Below, in pieces: positions 41,183 to 51,148 of a stretch of DNA of 64,000 nt. Within the stretch, counting starts at the first letter, position 1. Each line of letters begins with the position of its first letter. The stretch is taken from assembly GCA_963666985.2 (NCBI GenBank), contig CAXXIA010000001.1, positions 1,376,001 through 1,440,000 on the forward strand, written 5' to 3'. This DNA comes from Spirochaetia bacterium (lineage in GTDB: Bacteria > Spirochaetota > Spirochaetia > DSM-2461). The notes below the pieces were generated by a model. The model worked only from the letters and a program-made list of their open reading frames with translations. It had not been told where the DNA came from and ran no database searches. A program made the position numbers and the translations under genes.

Positions 41183-42895
41183 CTACTCCTCCGCGAGCCA
41201 GGTCCGGATAAGCTGGGCCACGTCTTCGGGATGCTCCCGCGCCATGTTCTTGGCGTTCTCCTGCATCTCGATTCGAGCCCGCTCCTGGACCGACATCTCG
41301 ACATCGATTCCTTCTTCTTCGGCGCTGCGCAGAGCCTGTTCGCGCATGGCCTGATGCTGCCGCGCCAATTCTTCTTCACGTTCTCTGCGCCGCTTTTCAA
41401 GCTGGCGGCTGATGAGTCTGACCACGATGAAGAGGAAAATAACCGCCGTTACTCCGATAATACTCCAGAGAATGGCTCTTTGTATCTGCCGTTTGCGCAT
41501 CCAGGCGGCATCTTCCAGACGGAACTGTTCGGTTCGGTCGAAGGGAATGTTCTCCACGGTCACGATGTCGCCTCTGGCCTTCGAAAAACCGACGGAGCCT
41601 TCCACAACCGTCTGAGCCTGAGCGAGGATTTCCTTCGATACGGGTGTATATTCCCTTTCGCGTCCTCCGTCTGGAGTCAAAATCGGTTCGCCGTTCTCGT
41701 CGAACTTGAGAGCCCACGTCCCGTCGATAACCATTCCCAAACTGATTCGCTGGATGGCGTACGGGCTTTTTTCCTCGGTTATGCGGCGTTCGTTAATCTC
41801 AAAGTTTTCTATTTTCTTATCGGACTCATAATGTCCGACAAGATTCGTCAGATCCTGATAGGCGGGGGGGGTTTGCCCTTCCTGTCCCGGAGGCCCTTCG
41901 GGATTAAAGCCGGTTCCTTCGAAATTTTCTCTCGAATCCTCTCGGCTTCGCACGATGGAGGGAACGACTTCCAATTCACTGTAGGGGGTGTTCGGATCGT
42001 CTTCCTTCATCGTAATGGGGAAATGCTCCTGGGTTTCAATGGCCTTTTTCACGAACTCAAGATCGATATCGAAATTAACGATATCTACCCGTGAATCGGT
42101 AAAGACATTCCTCAGCGACTGAAGGATGGTTGCGGTGTACTGGGCTTCAAGGGCCCTTTTCTGCCGGAGCATGCGGTTGGTCAAATCAAGCCGATCAACG
42201 TCTTCCAGCCCTTCGAAATCGTTCAGAACGGTTCCGCGGAAATCCATAATGGTAATGTTTTCCGCCAAAAGACCTTCCACGGCGAACTGAATAAGCTTCA
42301 CGATGCCTTCGACTTTATTGCGGTTCTCACCGATGTCGCTGCCGGGCTTGGGCTGAATGATAACCGACGCGGTGACCGGTTTCTGATCTTCGCTGAAAAG
42401 CTTGGTTTCAGGGATAACCAGGGTGACTTTGGCCGAATCAACATCGGAGAGTGCCGCGATGTGCTGTTCCAAATTCGTTGTTAAAGCTCTCTGCAGATTC
42501 ACATCCCGATCGAAATCGGTCAGGGTCCACCGGTCCATGTTCGTGAAGAAATTCCACGGATCCAGCTGCCCCGGAAGGAGGTCTTCCCGGACAAGCAAGG
42601 AACGGGCCGCACGGGCCGTCTGGTCGTCTTCGGCATAGAAGCGTCCGTCAGCCCCCCGGCTGTGACGGATATCATTCGCATCCAGCGCGGTTGAAATACG
42701 GCCGGCCAGCTGTTCATCGGTAATGGCTGTATTGAAAATCGGCACCTGCGTCGGTTTCGACGACACGGTGGCCAAAAGAACGAAAGCACCGACAATAATC
42801 GCCAGCGTTCCGATGAGAACAGCCTTTTTCACGATGGACCACTGCCCCCAGAGTTCGCGAATTCGGCCGAAGAACTTCGTAAGCCATTCAGGCAT
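41183..42895 (-). CDS. fliF: flagellar M-ring protein FliF
   Basis: two TMs, LTDFDRDVNLQRAL, TASVIIQP, AVEGL, RGDIVTV. Confidence 0.93.
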   Translation of the reverse strand: MPEWLTKFFGRIRELWGQWSIVKKAVLIGTLAIIVGAFVLLATVSSKPTQVPIFNTAITDEQLAGRISTALDANDIRHSRGADGRFYAEDDQTARAARSLLVREDLLPGQLDPWNFFTNMDRWTLTDFDRDVNLQRALTTNLEQHIAALSDVDSAKVTLVIPETKLFSEDQKPVTASVIIQPKPGSDIGENRNKVEGIVKLIQFAVEGLLAENITIMDFRGTVLNDFEGLEDVDRLDLTNRMLRQKRALEAQYTATILQSLRNVFTDSRVDIVNFDIDLEFVKKAIETQEHFPITMKEDDPNTPYSELEVVPSIVRSREDSRENFEGTGFNPEGPPGQEGQTPPAYQDLTNLVGHYESDKKIENFEINERRITEEKSPYAIQRISLGMVIDGTWALKFDENGEPILTPDGGREREYTPVSKEILAQAQTVVEGSVGFSKARGDIVTVENIPFDRTEQFRLEDAAWMRKRQIQRAILWSIIGVTAVIFLFIVVRLISRQLEKRRREREEELARQHQAMREQALRSAEEEGIDVEMSVQERARIEMQENAKNMAREHPEDVAQLIRTWLAEE

Positions 42896-42951
42896 TTTTA
42901 CCCCTCCCAGTTTTTAACGGCCGGCTTCCCCAAACCGGCCGCCGCTGTTTC

Positions 42952-43284
42952 CTACCTCATCGCCGTGATATCTTGGTAAGCCTTCACGGCGCGATCAACA
43001 ATCGCTTTCGTCAGGTTCAGACTCATTTCGGCCTGCGCCATGGCGATGGTGACGTCATGCGGTTCCACTTCGTCCGGATGCGTTATCATCCTTTCGAAAA
43101 GTTCCGAAGCATTTATCTGCCGGTCGGAAACCCGGCCTATGGCCTGAGCCATCAAATTGCCGAATCCGTTCTGGTTTTTTTCCTCGGCGCCGCCCGCCTT
43201 CCCGTCGGAATCAAGATGTCCGGGGTTGGTCAGATTCATCCGTACGACGTGTCCGAGGGCGTTATTCGGATCAATGATTCCCAT
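42952..43284 (-). CDS. fliE: flagellar hook-basal body protein FliE
   Basis: HDVTIAMAQAEMSL...AYQDI. Confidence 0.92.
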   Translation of the reverse strand: MGIIDPNNALGHVVRMNLTNPGHLDSDGKAGGAEEKNQNGFGNLMAQAIGRVSDRQINASELFERMITHPDEVEPHDVTIAMAQAEMSLNLTKAIVDRAVKAYQDITAMR

Positions 43285-43745
43285 TACGACCTCCCAATTT
43301 CCAGAGCTTTGCGGAACATGCTCTTGGAACCGTCCATGATGGCCACATTGGCTTCATAGGCCCTTGATGCGGAAATCATATCCACCATTTCACTCACCAC
43401 GCTGACGTTCGGCAGCTCGACATATCCGGCTTTCGGGCCGGTTTTGATGGCATCAGGATGCGTCGGGTCCCATTTGAGAACCAATTCGGAATCCATGTCT
43501 TTCTCGATGGAGGCCACGCGAACGCCGGAACCGATTTTATTCTTCAGCGATTCGGGCAGAAACGGACTGCGCCAGTAAGGCTGATCCACCCTGGGGCGGA
43601 AAACGACGCGGCTGCGCCGAAAGGGGCCGCCCTCGGCGGTTCGCGTGGTGTTGGCGTTGGCGATGTTGTCGGAAATAACATCCAGGCGCAGCCGCTCGGC
43701 GGTTAATCCCGAAGCGGCCGTGTTGATGGTTGTAAAAAGTCCCAT
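43284..43745 (-). CDS. flgC: flagellar basal body rod protein FlgC
   Basis: NIANANTT, DPTHPDA, EMVDMISASRAYEAN. Confidence 0.96.
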   Translation of the reverse strand: MGLFTTINTAASGLTAERLRLDVISDNIANANTTRTAEGGPFRRSRVVFRPRVDQPYWRSPFLPESLKNKIGSGVRVASIEKDMDSELVLKWDPTHPDAIKTGPKAGYVELPNVSVVSEMVDMISASRAYEANVAIMDGSKSMFRKALEIGRS

Positions 43746-43758
43746 TGCCTATGCCTCC

Positions 43759-43929
43759 TTAAATCCCATACCAGGCGCAATTCAATTGCGATTTCACGAA
43801 TTGCCGTTGACGACGGCAGCCGTGAATAACGGCGTAAGTTTCAACAGGCAATTCATCGGAAAATCGCTTGGATTGCGCCGCATTACTTGCCGGATGCTTT
43901 GAAGCGATCGATTTATATCTTACGTTCAT
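43759..43929 (-). CDS. candidate 56-aa small ORF between flgB and flgC
   Basis: AGGAGG overlapping the flgB stop 6 nt before ATG; stop abuts the flgC SD (TAAGGAGG); no recognisable motif. Confidence 0.35.
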   Translation of the reverse strand: MNVRYKSIASKHPASNAAQSKRFSDELPVETYAVIHGCRRQRQFVKSQLNCAWYGI

Positions 43930-43939
43930 CCGTCGCCTC

Positions 43940-44356
43940 CTATCGCAGGACGATGCTGATCTGCCGGAACTCATGGCTCACGGCGCTCGACATCAATTCG
44001 TACATCATCTGATTTTCCGTGGCGTTCATCAGTTCCCGCTCCACGTCCACGTTGTTTCCGTTGTTCTTGGATGTCGTCAGATAATCAAGAACAACCTTGG
44101 GCCCCACGGTTCTGTAATCCACGGTCCGCCGAAACGGAATATGATTTTCATGCGTAACGACTCCGATGGAATCGTCAAGTTTCTCCGTGGCCAGGGCCCT
44201 TCCCAGCTGGGCTTCGAAGTTTACTTCCGAACGTTTAAAGTTCGGCGTTTCGGCGTTGGCGATATTGTTCGCTATTACCTGCCGCCGCAGAGTCGATACC
44301 GCCATATCCCTTTGAAGAAGATCGACGGTTTTGCCGAATGTGGTATTTTCCAGCAT
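43940..44356 (-). CDS. flgB: flagellar basal body rod protein FlgB
   Basis: NNIANAETPNFK, NGNNVDVERE; GGAGG before ATG 44356. Confidence 0.95.
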   Translation of the reverse strand: MLENTTFGKTVDLLQRDMAVSTLRRQVIANNIANAETPNFKRSEVNFEAQLGRALATEKLDDSIGVVTHENHIPFRRTVDYRTVGPKVVLDYLTTSKNNGNNVDVERELMNATENQMMYELMSSAVSHEFRQISIVLR

Positions 44357-44418
44357 GTTCACCCTCCCGAGGGACCGCCGATCTCTCCCATCGGCGGAAA
44401 TTCCTCCCCTCTTCTCCA

Positions 44419-44446
44419 TCATCGGCACACTCGCCGCTCCTGCTGA
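44419..44446 (-). promoter_or_regulatory. putative sigma28-type promoter upstream of flgB
   Basis: TCAG-N16-GCCGATGA. Confidence 0.45.
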
Positions 44447-44457
44447 GGAGTCAATTC

Positions 44458-45819
44458 TCACAAGATGTACCTCGACAAATCCCGATTCTCGACAATTTTA
44501 TCCAGTTTCTCATTCACGTAATCCGATGTTACCGTAATGGTCTGTCCTTCCAAGTCCGACGCGTTGAAGGATACGTCTTCCAGAAGCAGTTCCAAAATCG
44601 TATGCAGCCGGCGCGCTCCGATATTTTCCGTCCGGGTATTCACCTCCGCGGCGATATCGGAGAGCCTGCTGACGGCATCGTCTTCAAAGACGAGTGTAAT
44701 TCCCTCCGTGGCCAGCAGCTCGACATATTGACGCGTTAAGGCGTTCCGGGGCGATGTCAGGATTTCCCGAAAATCCTTCGCGGTTAAGGATTCCAGCTCC
44801 ACACGGAGAGGGAAACGTCCCTGAAGTTCGGGGATTAAGTCCGACGGCTTCGAAAGGTTAAAGGCTCCGGCGGCGATAAAAAGGATATGTTCGGTATCCA
44901 CCATTCCGTATTTCGTATTCACGGTGGAACCTTCCACGATGGGAAGAATATCGCGCTGAACTCCTTCGCGGGAAACATCGGGGCCTCCGCCCCGCCCTTC
45001 CCTGACGGCGATTTTGTCGATTTCGTCAATAAAAATAATGCCTGTTTCCTGAACACGTTCGCGGGCCGTTTCGATGGCGCTCTCGGTATCGATCAGCTTT
45101 TCCTGCTGCTCGGCTTCCAAAAGTTCCCGGGCCCGCGAAACTTTCACCTTGCGCGGTTTCCGGGGCCCCTGAAAGATTGAACCCAGATTTCCGAAATCGA
45201 ATCCCATCTGTTCAACGCCCGCGCCGGAGATAACCTCAATATGGGGTTTCCGTCCGCCGCCGGTGGAAATTTCCACCATGCGCTCATCCAATTCTCCGGC
45301 CTGAAGTTTTTTTCGAAGAACATCGCGGGCATGACGCCCCCGGTCGGGTTCCACCGGCGTCGTCGTACTGACGCCCTCAGGCGGCGGTACCGATGAACCC
45401 GGGACGAGAATATCGAGAAGCGCTTCTTCGGCCGCTTCCTTGGCGGCTTTTTCCACGCCGGCTTTCATTTCATCTTTCACCATGGAAACCGCACGGGACA
45501 TCAGGTCCCGAACCATGGACTCCACATCGCGGCCGACATAGCCGACTTCGGTGAACTTCGTAGCCTCCACTTTTACAAACGGAGCGTTGGCCAATTTGGC
45601 GAGCCTGCGGGCGATTTCCGTTTTTCCCACGCCGGTCGGACCGATCATCAGAATATTCTTCGGCGCCACCTCGTCCCGGATGTCTTCCGGAAGATGAGAC
45701 CGTCTCAGCCGGTTGCGCAGAGCAATGGCCACGGCCTTTTTGGCAGAGTTCTGGCCTATGATGTAGTTATCCAATGCGGCGACAATCTGCTGCGGCGTCA
45801 ATCCTTCCAGCCTAGCCAT
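44458..45819 (-). CDS. hslU: ATP-dependent protease ATPase subunit HslU
   Basis: [36 protein letters not shown]. Confidence 0.96.
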   Translation of the reverse strand: MARLEGLTPQQIVAALDNYIIGQNSAKKAVAIALRNRLRRSHLPEDIRDEVAPKNILMIGPTGVGKTEIARRLAKLANAPFVKVEATKFTEVGYVGRDVESMVRDLMSRAVSMVKDEMKAGVEKAAKEAAEEALLDILVPGSSVPPPEGVSTTTPVEPDRGRHARDVLRKKLQAGELDERMVEISTGGGRKPHIEVISGAGVEQMGFDFGNLGSIFQGPRKPRKVKVSRARELLEAEQQEKLIDTESAIETARERVQETGIIFIDEIDKIAVREGRGGGPDVSREGVQRDILPIVEGSTVNTKYGMVDTEHILFIAAGAFNLSKPSDLIPELQGRFPLRVELESLTAKDFREILTSPRNALTRQYVELLATEGITLVFEDDAVSRLSDIAAEVNTRTENIGARRLHTILELLLEDVSFNASDLEGQTITVTSDYVNEKLDKIVENRDLSRYIL

Positions 45820-46357
45820 CTCCCAGCACCTCCAGAACGATATTATTGTTTGTAAACACACAGATATCGGCGGCGATTTTCAAAGAGCGCTCGGCGATTT
45901 CGGCCGCGCCGAGATCGGAGGAATCCAAATAGGCCCTTGCCGCGGCATAGGCATAGTTTCCGCCGCTTCCGATGGCCACGGCGCCCTCGTCGGGTTCGAT
46001 AACATCTCCGTTTCCGCTTAAAAGAAGAGTTCTGTCGGCACCGGCCACCAAAAGCATGGCTTCCAGCCTGCGCAGAACCCGATCGGTTCTCCATTCCTTG
46101 GCCAATTCCACGGCCGCGCGGGTAACATCGCCGGCGTACTCTTTCAGCTTTCCTTCAAATCGTTCTTCCAGCGTAAAGGCATCGGCGGTCGATCCGGCGA
46201 AACCCGCGAGAACTTTGCCGTCATAAAGCCGCCGAACCTTTCGGGCGCGGCTTTTCATGATGACCGATTCTCCCATCGTCACCTGACCGTCGCCCGCCAT
46301 GGCGACAATGCCGTCTTTTCTAACGGATACGATCGTCGTACCCCTGATTTCACTCAT
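45812..46357 (-). CDS. hslV: ATP-dependent protease subunit HslV
   Basis: [24 protein letters not shown]. Confidence 0.96.
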   Translation of the reverse strand: MSEIRGTTIVSVRKDGIVAMAGDGQVTMGESVIMKSRARKVRRLYDGKVLAGFAGSTADAFTLEERFEGKLKEYAGDVTRAAVELAKEWRTDRVLRRLEAMLLVAGADRTLLLSGNGDVIEPDEGAVAIGSGGNYAYAAARAYLDSSDLGAAEIAERSLKIAADICVFTNNNIVLEVLGDG

Positions 46358-47261
46358 CAATTCCTCCGTTCATACTCCCGCTCCTTGCATGGGGGTGGGA
46401 AGACCGATACACGCGCTTGATGCGTTCGATCCCCGTATGGGTATAAATCTGCGTTGTGGACAGACTCGCATGCCCCAAGAGTTCCTGTACCGTCCGAATA
46501 TCGGCTCCTTCATCCAGAATATGGGTAGCGAAGCTGTGCCGGAAGGTATGCGGCGAAACTTTTTTATCGACTCCCGCCACGGCGGCATACCTTCGAATAA
46601 GGTAATACACACCTCGCGTGGTCAGCCGCTCTCCCCTTGCGTCAAGTATAAGGGCACGGCGGCTGTCCTGATCGTCTCCGGCATGTTCAAGACGCACAGG
46701 GAGATAATCTTCCAACGCTTTTGCCGCATTACTCCCGATAAAAACCATTCTGTCGCGATCGCCTTTGCCCCGAACACGAACCTGTCTGCGTACTACATCG
46801 GAAACATCCAGGGAACAAAGCTCTCCCACACGGCAGCCCGTGGAATACAACAGTTCGAACAGCAGCCTGTCCCGCAGACCGATGAAATCATCTCCGGTCT
46901 TTTCCAGAAACAATTCAATCTCTTCGTGAGTCAGATATCCGGGAAGATTCCGTCCCTTTTTAACCGTTTTGGATCCGACGAAGGGATTCGACGTACCGGG
47001 AGAACGGCGGCGGCGCCATTCATAATAGCCTTTAAGAGCCGACAATCTTCGATTTACAGTGGCCGGAGCCATATGCCGGGAGGACATCCTGGCCATGAAC
47101 ATACGGGCTTCGCCCCGAGTCGCATCATCTTCGCCTACGCCCACTTCGGCAAGAAACGCCGACCATGCCGCCAGATCTCTCCTGTAGGAACGGATCGTTG
47201 CGTCGGAAAGACGCCTGACATTTCTGAGATGATAAAGCCAATCATACGCCTCGATACTCAA
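46350..47261 (-). CDS. xerC: tyrosine recombinase XerC
   Basis: [38 protein letters not shown]; directly before hslV. Confidence 0.85.
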   Translation of the reverse strand: MSIEAYDWLYHLRNVRRLSDATIRSYRRDLAAWSAFLAEVGVGEDDATRGEARMFMARMSSRHMAPATVNRRLSALKGYYEWRRRRSPGTSNPFVGSKTVKKGRNLPGYLTHEEIELFLEKTGDDFIGLRDRLLFELLYSTGCRVGELCSLDVSDVVRRQVRVRGKGDRDRMVFIGSNAAKALEDYLPVRLEHAGDDQDSRRALILDARGERLTTRGVYYLIRRYAAVAGVDKKVSPHTFRHSFATHILDEGADIRTVQELLGHASLSTTQIYTHTGIERIKRVYRSSHPHARSGSMNGGIDE

Positions 47262-48243
47262 AGCTCCCTCCCATGTACCGGAACAAACGCCCCTCCAGTT
47301 CCGATTTCATTCTCAGAACCAATTCTTCGGCGCCGCCGGGTTCATTCAGTTCCCGTACTCTGCGGATATCCAAGAATCGTCCCCAGTCCGCCATAATCTC
47401 CGATGCATCTTCGATAACCGGAGCACCCTGTTCTTCCAATCGTCCGGAACCTTCCGAACGAACGCCTTCCAGTCCGGATGAGGCGATGTAGAGATCCCGC
47501 CCTTGTTCCAAGGCGAAATCGGCCGTTATCAGGGCGCCGGACTTTTCCGGTGCCTGAACCACGACGCATCCGCGGCACAAGCCGCTGAGGATTCGGTTCC
47601 TGCGCGGAAACGCATATTTCGCCGGAAACACTCCCGGCGGCATTTCGCCCAAAAGCGCACCGCCGTTATCGAGAATTCGATACGCCAGTGCGCGATGAGC
47701 GAGAGGAGTCGGTCTGTCCAGCCCTCCGGCGAGTACCGCCCATGTTGAGCCGCCCGCCGAGAGGGCGCCTTCGTGAGCGGACTTGTCGATTCCGAAGGCC
47801 AGCCCCGAAACAACCGGATAGCCCGCGATGCCCAATTCCAGAGCGATGCGAAAGCCCTGCCGGCTCGCCGACATCGTCGGCCGGCGGGTTCCGACCACGG
47901 CCACGGCGCTCTTGGCGGAAAAATCGGCGAATCCTCTCCGAAACAGCGCAAAGGGAGGATCGTAGATTCCGGCCAGCATCGCCGGATACTGTTCATCTCC
48001 CAGAAAAGAGACTTCGATTCCGAAAGCGTTCATCCTGCGCAAATCGGCCGCCGCGTCTTTAAGCAGCTGCGGCGCGGAAGGAACCTTGGCACGATGCGCA
48101 GGCGCCAAAGAGGCGCTATAAGAACACACGGCGTCGTTAAAATCACCCTCGTCCCGGCAAGATTCCGTTAAATCCTGTTTCAGACGGCCGCGGTGTCCGG
48201 GGAGTCTGTTCACGGCCAAAAGCAGTTCGAGATTACGTTCCAT
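47242..48243 (-). CDS. dprA: DNA-processing protein DprA/Smf
   Basis: VAVVGTR, VSGLAFGID, FPRRNRILSG, SGALITA. Confidence 0.93.
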   Translation of the reverse strand: MERNLELLLAVNRLPGHRGRLKQDLTESCRDEGDFNDAVCSYSASLAPAHRAKVPSAPQLLKDAAADLRRMNAFGIEVSFLGDEQYPAMLAGIYDPPFALFRRGFADFSAKSAVAVVGTRRPTMSASRQGFRIALELGIAGYPVVSGLAFGIDKSAHEGALSAGGSTWAVLAGGLDRPTPLAHRALAYRILDNGGALLGEMPPGVFPAKYAFPRRNRILSGLCRGCVVVQAPEKSGALITADFALEQGRDLYIASSGLEGVRSEGSGRLEEQGAPVIEDASEIMADWGRFLDIRRVRELNEPGGAEELVLRMKSELEGRLFRYMGGSFEYRGV

Positions 48244-49015
48244 AATTTCCCTCGGAAACTCTGCGGTACAAATCTTCGGCCTTGGACTTCTCTGTATCGT
48301 CTTCGGTAAGCTTGATAATCTCGCCGTAGAGAATCAGTGCATCTTCGCTTCGGCCCAGCTGCACATAACAGCGCGCCAGAAGGAACCGCGCGGAAACATC
48401 GCTGCGTTCGATGGCAAGAAAATCATCCAAAAGATCAACGGCCTCGGCCGGATTATTCCGCTCAAAAACAAGAAGAACGGCCAAACCGTACAAGGCCGGC
48501 GTATACCGGGGATCCACGGCGACGGCGCGCCGATAATTCGCCTCGGCTCTGTCGATGTAGGCGCTCCGTGCTCCGGGGACATCGGAGGACAAGGCCATCT
48601 GGCCGGCGCAAAGCCCCCGGTTATAGAGGAGAACGGCATATTCGGGAGTAATTTGCGCCGCTTCGTCAAAGGCATTCAGGGCCTCGCCCCACATTTGGTA
48701 ATCCATGTACTTCAGCCCGAGAAGCCTCCAGTAGGTCGCCTTATCGCGAACACCTTCAAGAGTCTTTTCGACTTGAGCATCAACCGATGCGATTTTTCCC
48801 TTAAGTTCGGCGATTCTCTCATCACCGGCGGCCGCTCCTTCTTCGGCGGCCATTCTGACGGCCAAATCGCGCCGGTTCTTCGCATTCCCGCAGGAAGAGG
48901 GGAGTACGGCGAGCATGGAAAGAATCGGAACGGCGGCGAGCATCAGCCGTCCGAAAGACCGAGAAACGGCTCGGAAGCGTTGAGAGATTCTCTGTTCTTT
49001 CCCGCTGTTCATCAT
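48233..49015 (-). CDS. TPR-repeat putative lipoprotein
   Basis: signal peptide with LPSS-C; TPR-like helices. Confidence 0.8.
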   Translation of the reverse strand: MMNSGKEQRISQRFRAVSRSFGRLMLAAVPILSMLAVLPSSCGNAKNRRDLAVRMAAEEGAAAGDERIAELKGKIASVDAQVEKTLEGVRDKATYWRLLGLKYMDYQMWGEALNAFDEAAQITPEYAVLLYNRGLCAGQMALSSDVPGARSAYIDRAEANYRRAVAVDPRYTPALYGLAVLLVFERNNPAEAVDLLDDFLAIERSDVSARFLLARCYVQLGRSEDALILYGEIIKLTEDDTEKSKAEDLYRRVSEGNYGT

Positions 49016-49017
49016 TC

Positions 49018-49908
49018 CTACCCCCTGGGGTGATAGCTCCTGTGGGCTTTCTCAAGATCACCGTGATCCAGATGCGTATAGATTTGAGTCGTGCTGATGT
49101 CCGCGTGTCCCAAAAGTTCCTGGACGCTCCGAAGATCGGCCCCTCCTTTGAGCAAATGCGTCGCGAAGGAGTGCCTGAGCGTGTGGATTTTCCCCTCGAC
49201 ATCGGCTTTCTCGGCAATACCGCGAAACCTTTTCCACATTCCTTTGCGGCTCAGCCCGTCACCTCTGTTGTTCAGGAAAACACGATTGGTGGCGGAAGCG
49301 GACTTTGCAAGCAGGGGGCGCGCTCCCCTCAGATATGCCATAAGCCAGCGTTCGGCCTCGTCGCCCAGAGGAACCAGCCGCTCTTTATCCCCTTTACCCC
49401 GCACGCGAATCAGTCCTTCACCGAGGAACACCTGGGAGAGTTCCAAATCGGAAGCTTCACTGACACGAAGGCCGCAGGAATAAATCAGCTCAAAAAGAGT
49501 TCGATCGCGCAGTCCGTAGGGAGAATCCAAGTCGATGGAATCCAGAAACTTTTCAACTTCCCCAACCTCAAGAACTTCGGGAAGATGCCGCCCGATCTTG
49601 GGCCTCTCGACATCTCTGGACGGATCATCTTGCCGGTAACCCGCGAATTGAAGAAAGCTGAAGAACGAACCGAGCGAGCTGAAAATCCGCGAAACGGTCC
49701 GGGCGCTCAAGGAATCTTCTCCCCCTCTGTATGCCGCATAGGCCTCAATTTCTTCGGTTCGAACATCCGCCGGATTCAAATCCCCGGCATCCAGCCAGCG
49801 TCCGAATCGTCCGATTTCGGAAGCGTATGTGGACGCCGTGGAATCGGCCACGCGAAGTTCATTCCTGAGATATCCTTCATATTCCTTCGCCAATCGGATT
49901 CCGTTCAC
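49018..49908 (-). CDS. xerD: tyrosine recombinase XerD
   Basis: [62 protein letters not shown] end. Confidence 0.88.
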   Translation of the reverse strand: MNGIRLAKEYEGYLRNELRVADSTASTYASEIGRFGRWLDAGDLNPADVRTEEIEAYAAYRGGEDSLSARTVSRIFSSLGSFFSFLQFAGYRQDDPSRDVERPKIGRHLPEVLEVGEVEKFLDSIDLDSPYGLRDRTLFELIYSCGLRVSEASDLELSQVFLGEGLIRVRGKGDKERLVPLGDEAERWLMAYLRGARPLLAKSASATNRVFLNNRGDGLSRKGMWKRFRGIAEKADVEGKIHTLRHSFATHLLKGGADLRSVQELLGHADISTTQIYTHLDHGDLEKAHRSYHPRG

Positions 49909-49909
49909 C

Positions 49910-51118
49910 TTACCGAGTACTCCCGAAAGGATTTCCCCTGAGAACGGTGGGAATAAGCAGATCCGCTTCGTCGTCCAGAAGATGACCCTGGCCAAGTTTA
50001 AAAGCCGCCTGAGCGGGTTTTTTCTCCGTTGAGTGACTTGCCGGAGGAGTCGAGGCCGACAGACCGCGTCCTTCGCTGAGATCTTTCCACATGTCGTACG
50101 GAAGAACTTCGTCGCTGTGCGCCACCGCCCGGTTCTCTTCGGCATGATGTTCTATGGAACCGCCGAAGCCGGTGGCCACGACCGTAACGCGCACTTCGTC
50201 CCCGAAGGCTTCTCCGGTATCCAGTCCGGCGATAACCGTCGCGGAAGGATCGACCCGCGATGAAATGATGTCCATGATTTCCTTATATTCAATCATGGAG
50301 AAATCAACACCGGCGGTGACATTCACCAAAAGGCCCTTGGCTCCCTCGATATTCACATTATCCAAAAGGGGATTCTCAATGGCCATTGTGGCGGCGTCGA
50401 TGGATCGGTTGTCGCCCCGCCCTTCGCCGATGCCCATCAAAGCATCGCCCTGACCTTCCATAACCGTTCTCACATCGGCGAAATCGATATTAATCTCTCC
50501 GTGATTGGTAATAAGGTCCGAAATCCCCTGCACGCCCATGCGCAGAACGTCATCGGCCTTCAAAAAGGCCTCGCGGATCGGCGTATTCCGATCCACGAGC
50601 CTGAGGAGGTTCTCGTTGGGAATCGTAATCAGCGTGTCGACATGGTTTCTGAGTTTGTTGATCCCGGCGTCCGCCAACTCCATTTTTCGCTGACGTTCGA
50701 AGCTGAAAGGGCGAGTTACGACCGCGACCGTAAGACAGCCCAGTTCCTTGGCGATTCGGGCGACCACCGGGGCCGAACCGGTTCCCGTTCCGCCGCCCAT
50801 TCCGGCGGTGACGAAAACCATGTCGGCGCCTTTGAGGACGTTTTGAATCGTTTCCCTGTCCTCTTCGGCGGCCTGTTCTCCCACTTCCGGCTTTCCTCCG
50901 GCGCCGAGTCCGCCGGTTACCTGTTTGCCGAGCGGCACTTTCGTCTTCGCCGGCGAAGATTCCAGCGCCTGAAGATCGGTATTGGCCGCGATAAATTCGA
51001 CTCCCTGAATACCCACTTGAATCATCCTGGCAACGGCATTGCTGCCGCCGCCGCCGCAGCCGATCACCTTAATGACGGTTTTTCCCGCCACGCGCTCGTC
51101 CAACACTTCCAAATCCAT
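49910..51118 (-). CDS. ftsZ: cell division protein FtsZ
   Basis: [25 protein letters not shown]-terminal IPTVLR peptide. Confidence 0.97.
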   Translation of the reverse strand: MDLEVLDERVAGKTVIKVIGCGGGGSNAVARMIQVGIQGVEFIAANTDLQALESSPAKTKVPLGKQVTGGLGAGGKPEVGEQAAEEDRETIQNVLKGADMVFVTAGMGGGTGTGSAPVVARIAKELGCLTVAVVTRPFSFERQRKMELADAGINKLRNHVDTLITIPNENLLRLVDRNTPIREAFLKADDVLRMGVQGISDLITNHGEINIDFADVRTVMEGQGDALMGIGEGRGDNRSIDAATMAIENPLLDNVNIEGAKGLLVNVTAGVDFSMIEYKEIMDIISSRVDPSATVIAGLDTGEAFGDEVRVTVVATGFGGSIEHHAEENRAVAHSDEVLPYDMWKDLSEGRGLSASTPPASHSTEKKPAQAAFKLGQGHLLDDEADLLIPTVLRGNPFGSTR

Positions 51119-51148
51119 ATTGCTCGCCCCTCCCCGGGCAATCGATTC

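Noticed and set aside
42918..42942. Hairpin CGGCCGG...CCGGCCG between fliE and fliF as a terminator
   Set aside because: No U-tract on the transcribed strand; at most an mRNA stability element.
43746..43939. c-di-GMP riboswitch between flgB and flgC
   Set aside because: The conserved class I elements (GGCAAAC, GNRA-loop stem, GACGCAAAG) are not present on the transcribed strand.
46350..49908. Two tyrosine recombinases as a sign of a prophage or integrative element
   Set aside because: They have XerC/XerD-like sequences in a housekeeping context; no att repeats, phage genes or dif-like site were noticed.
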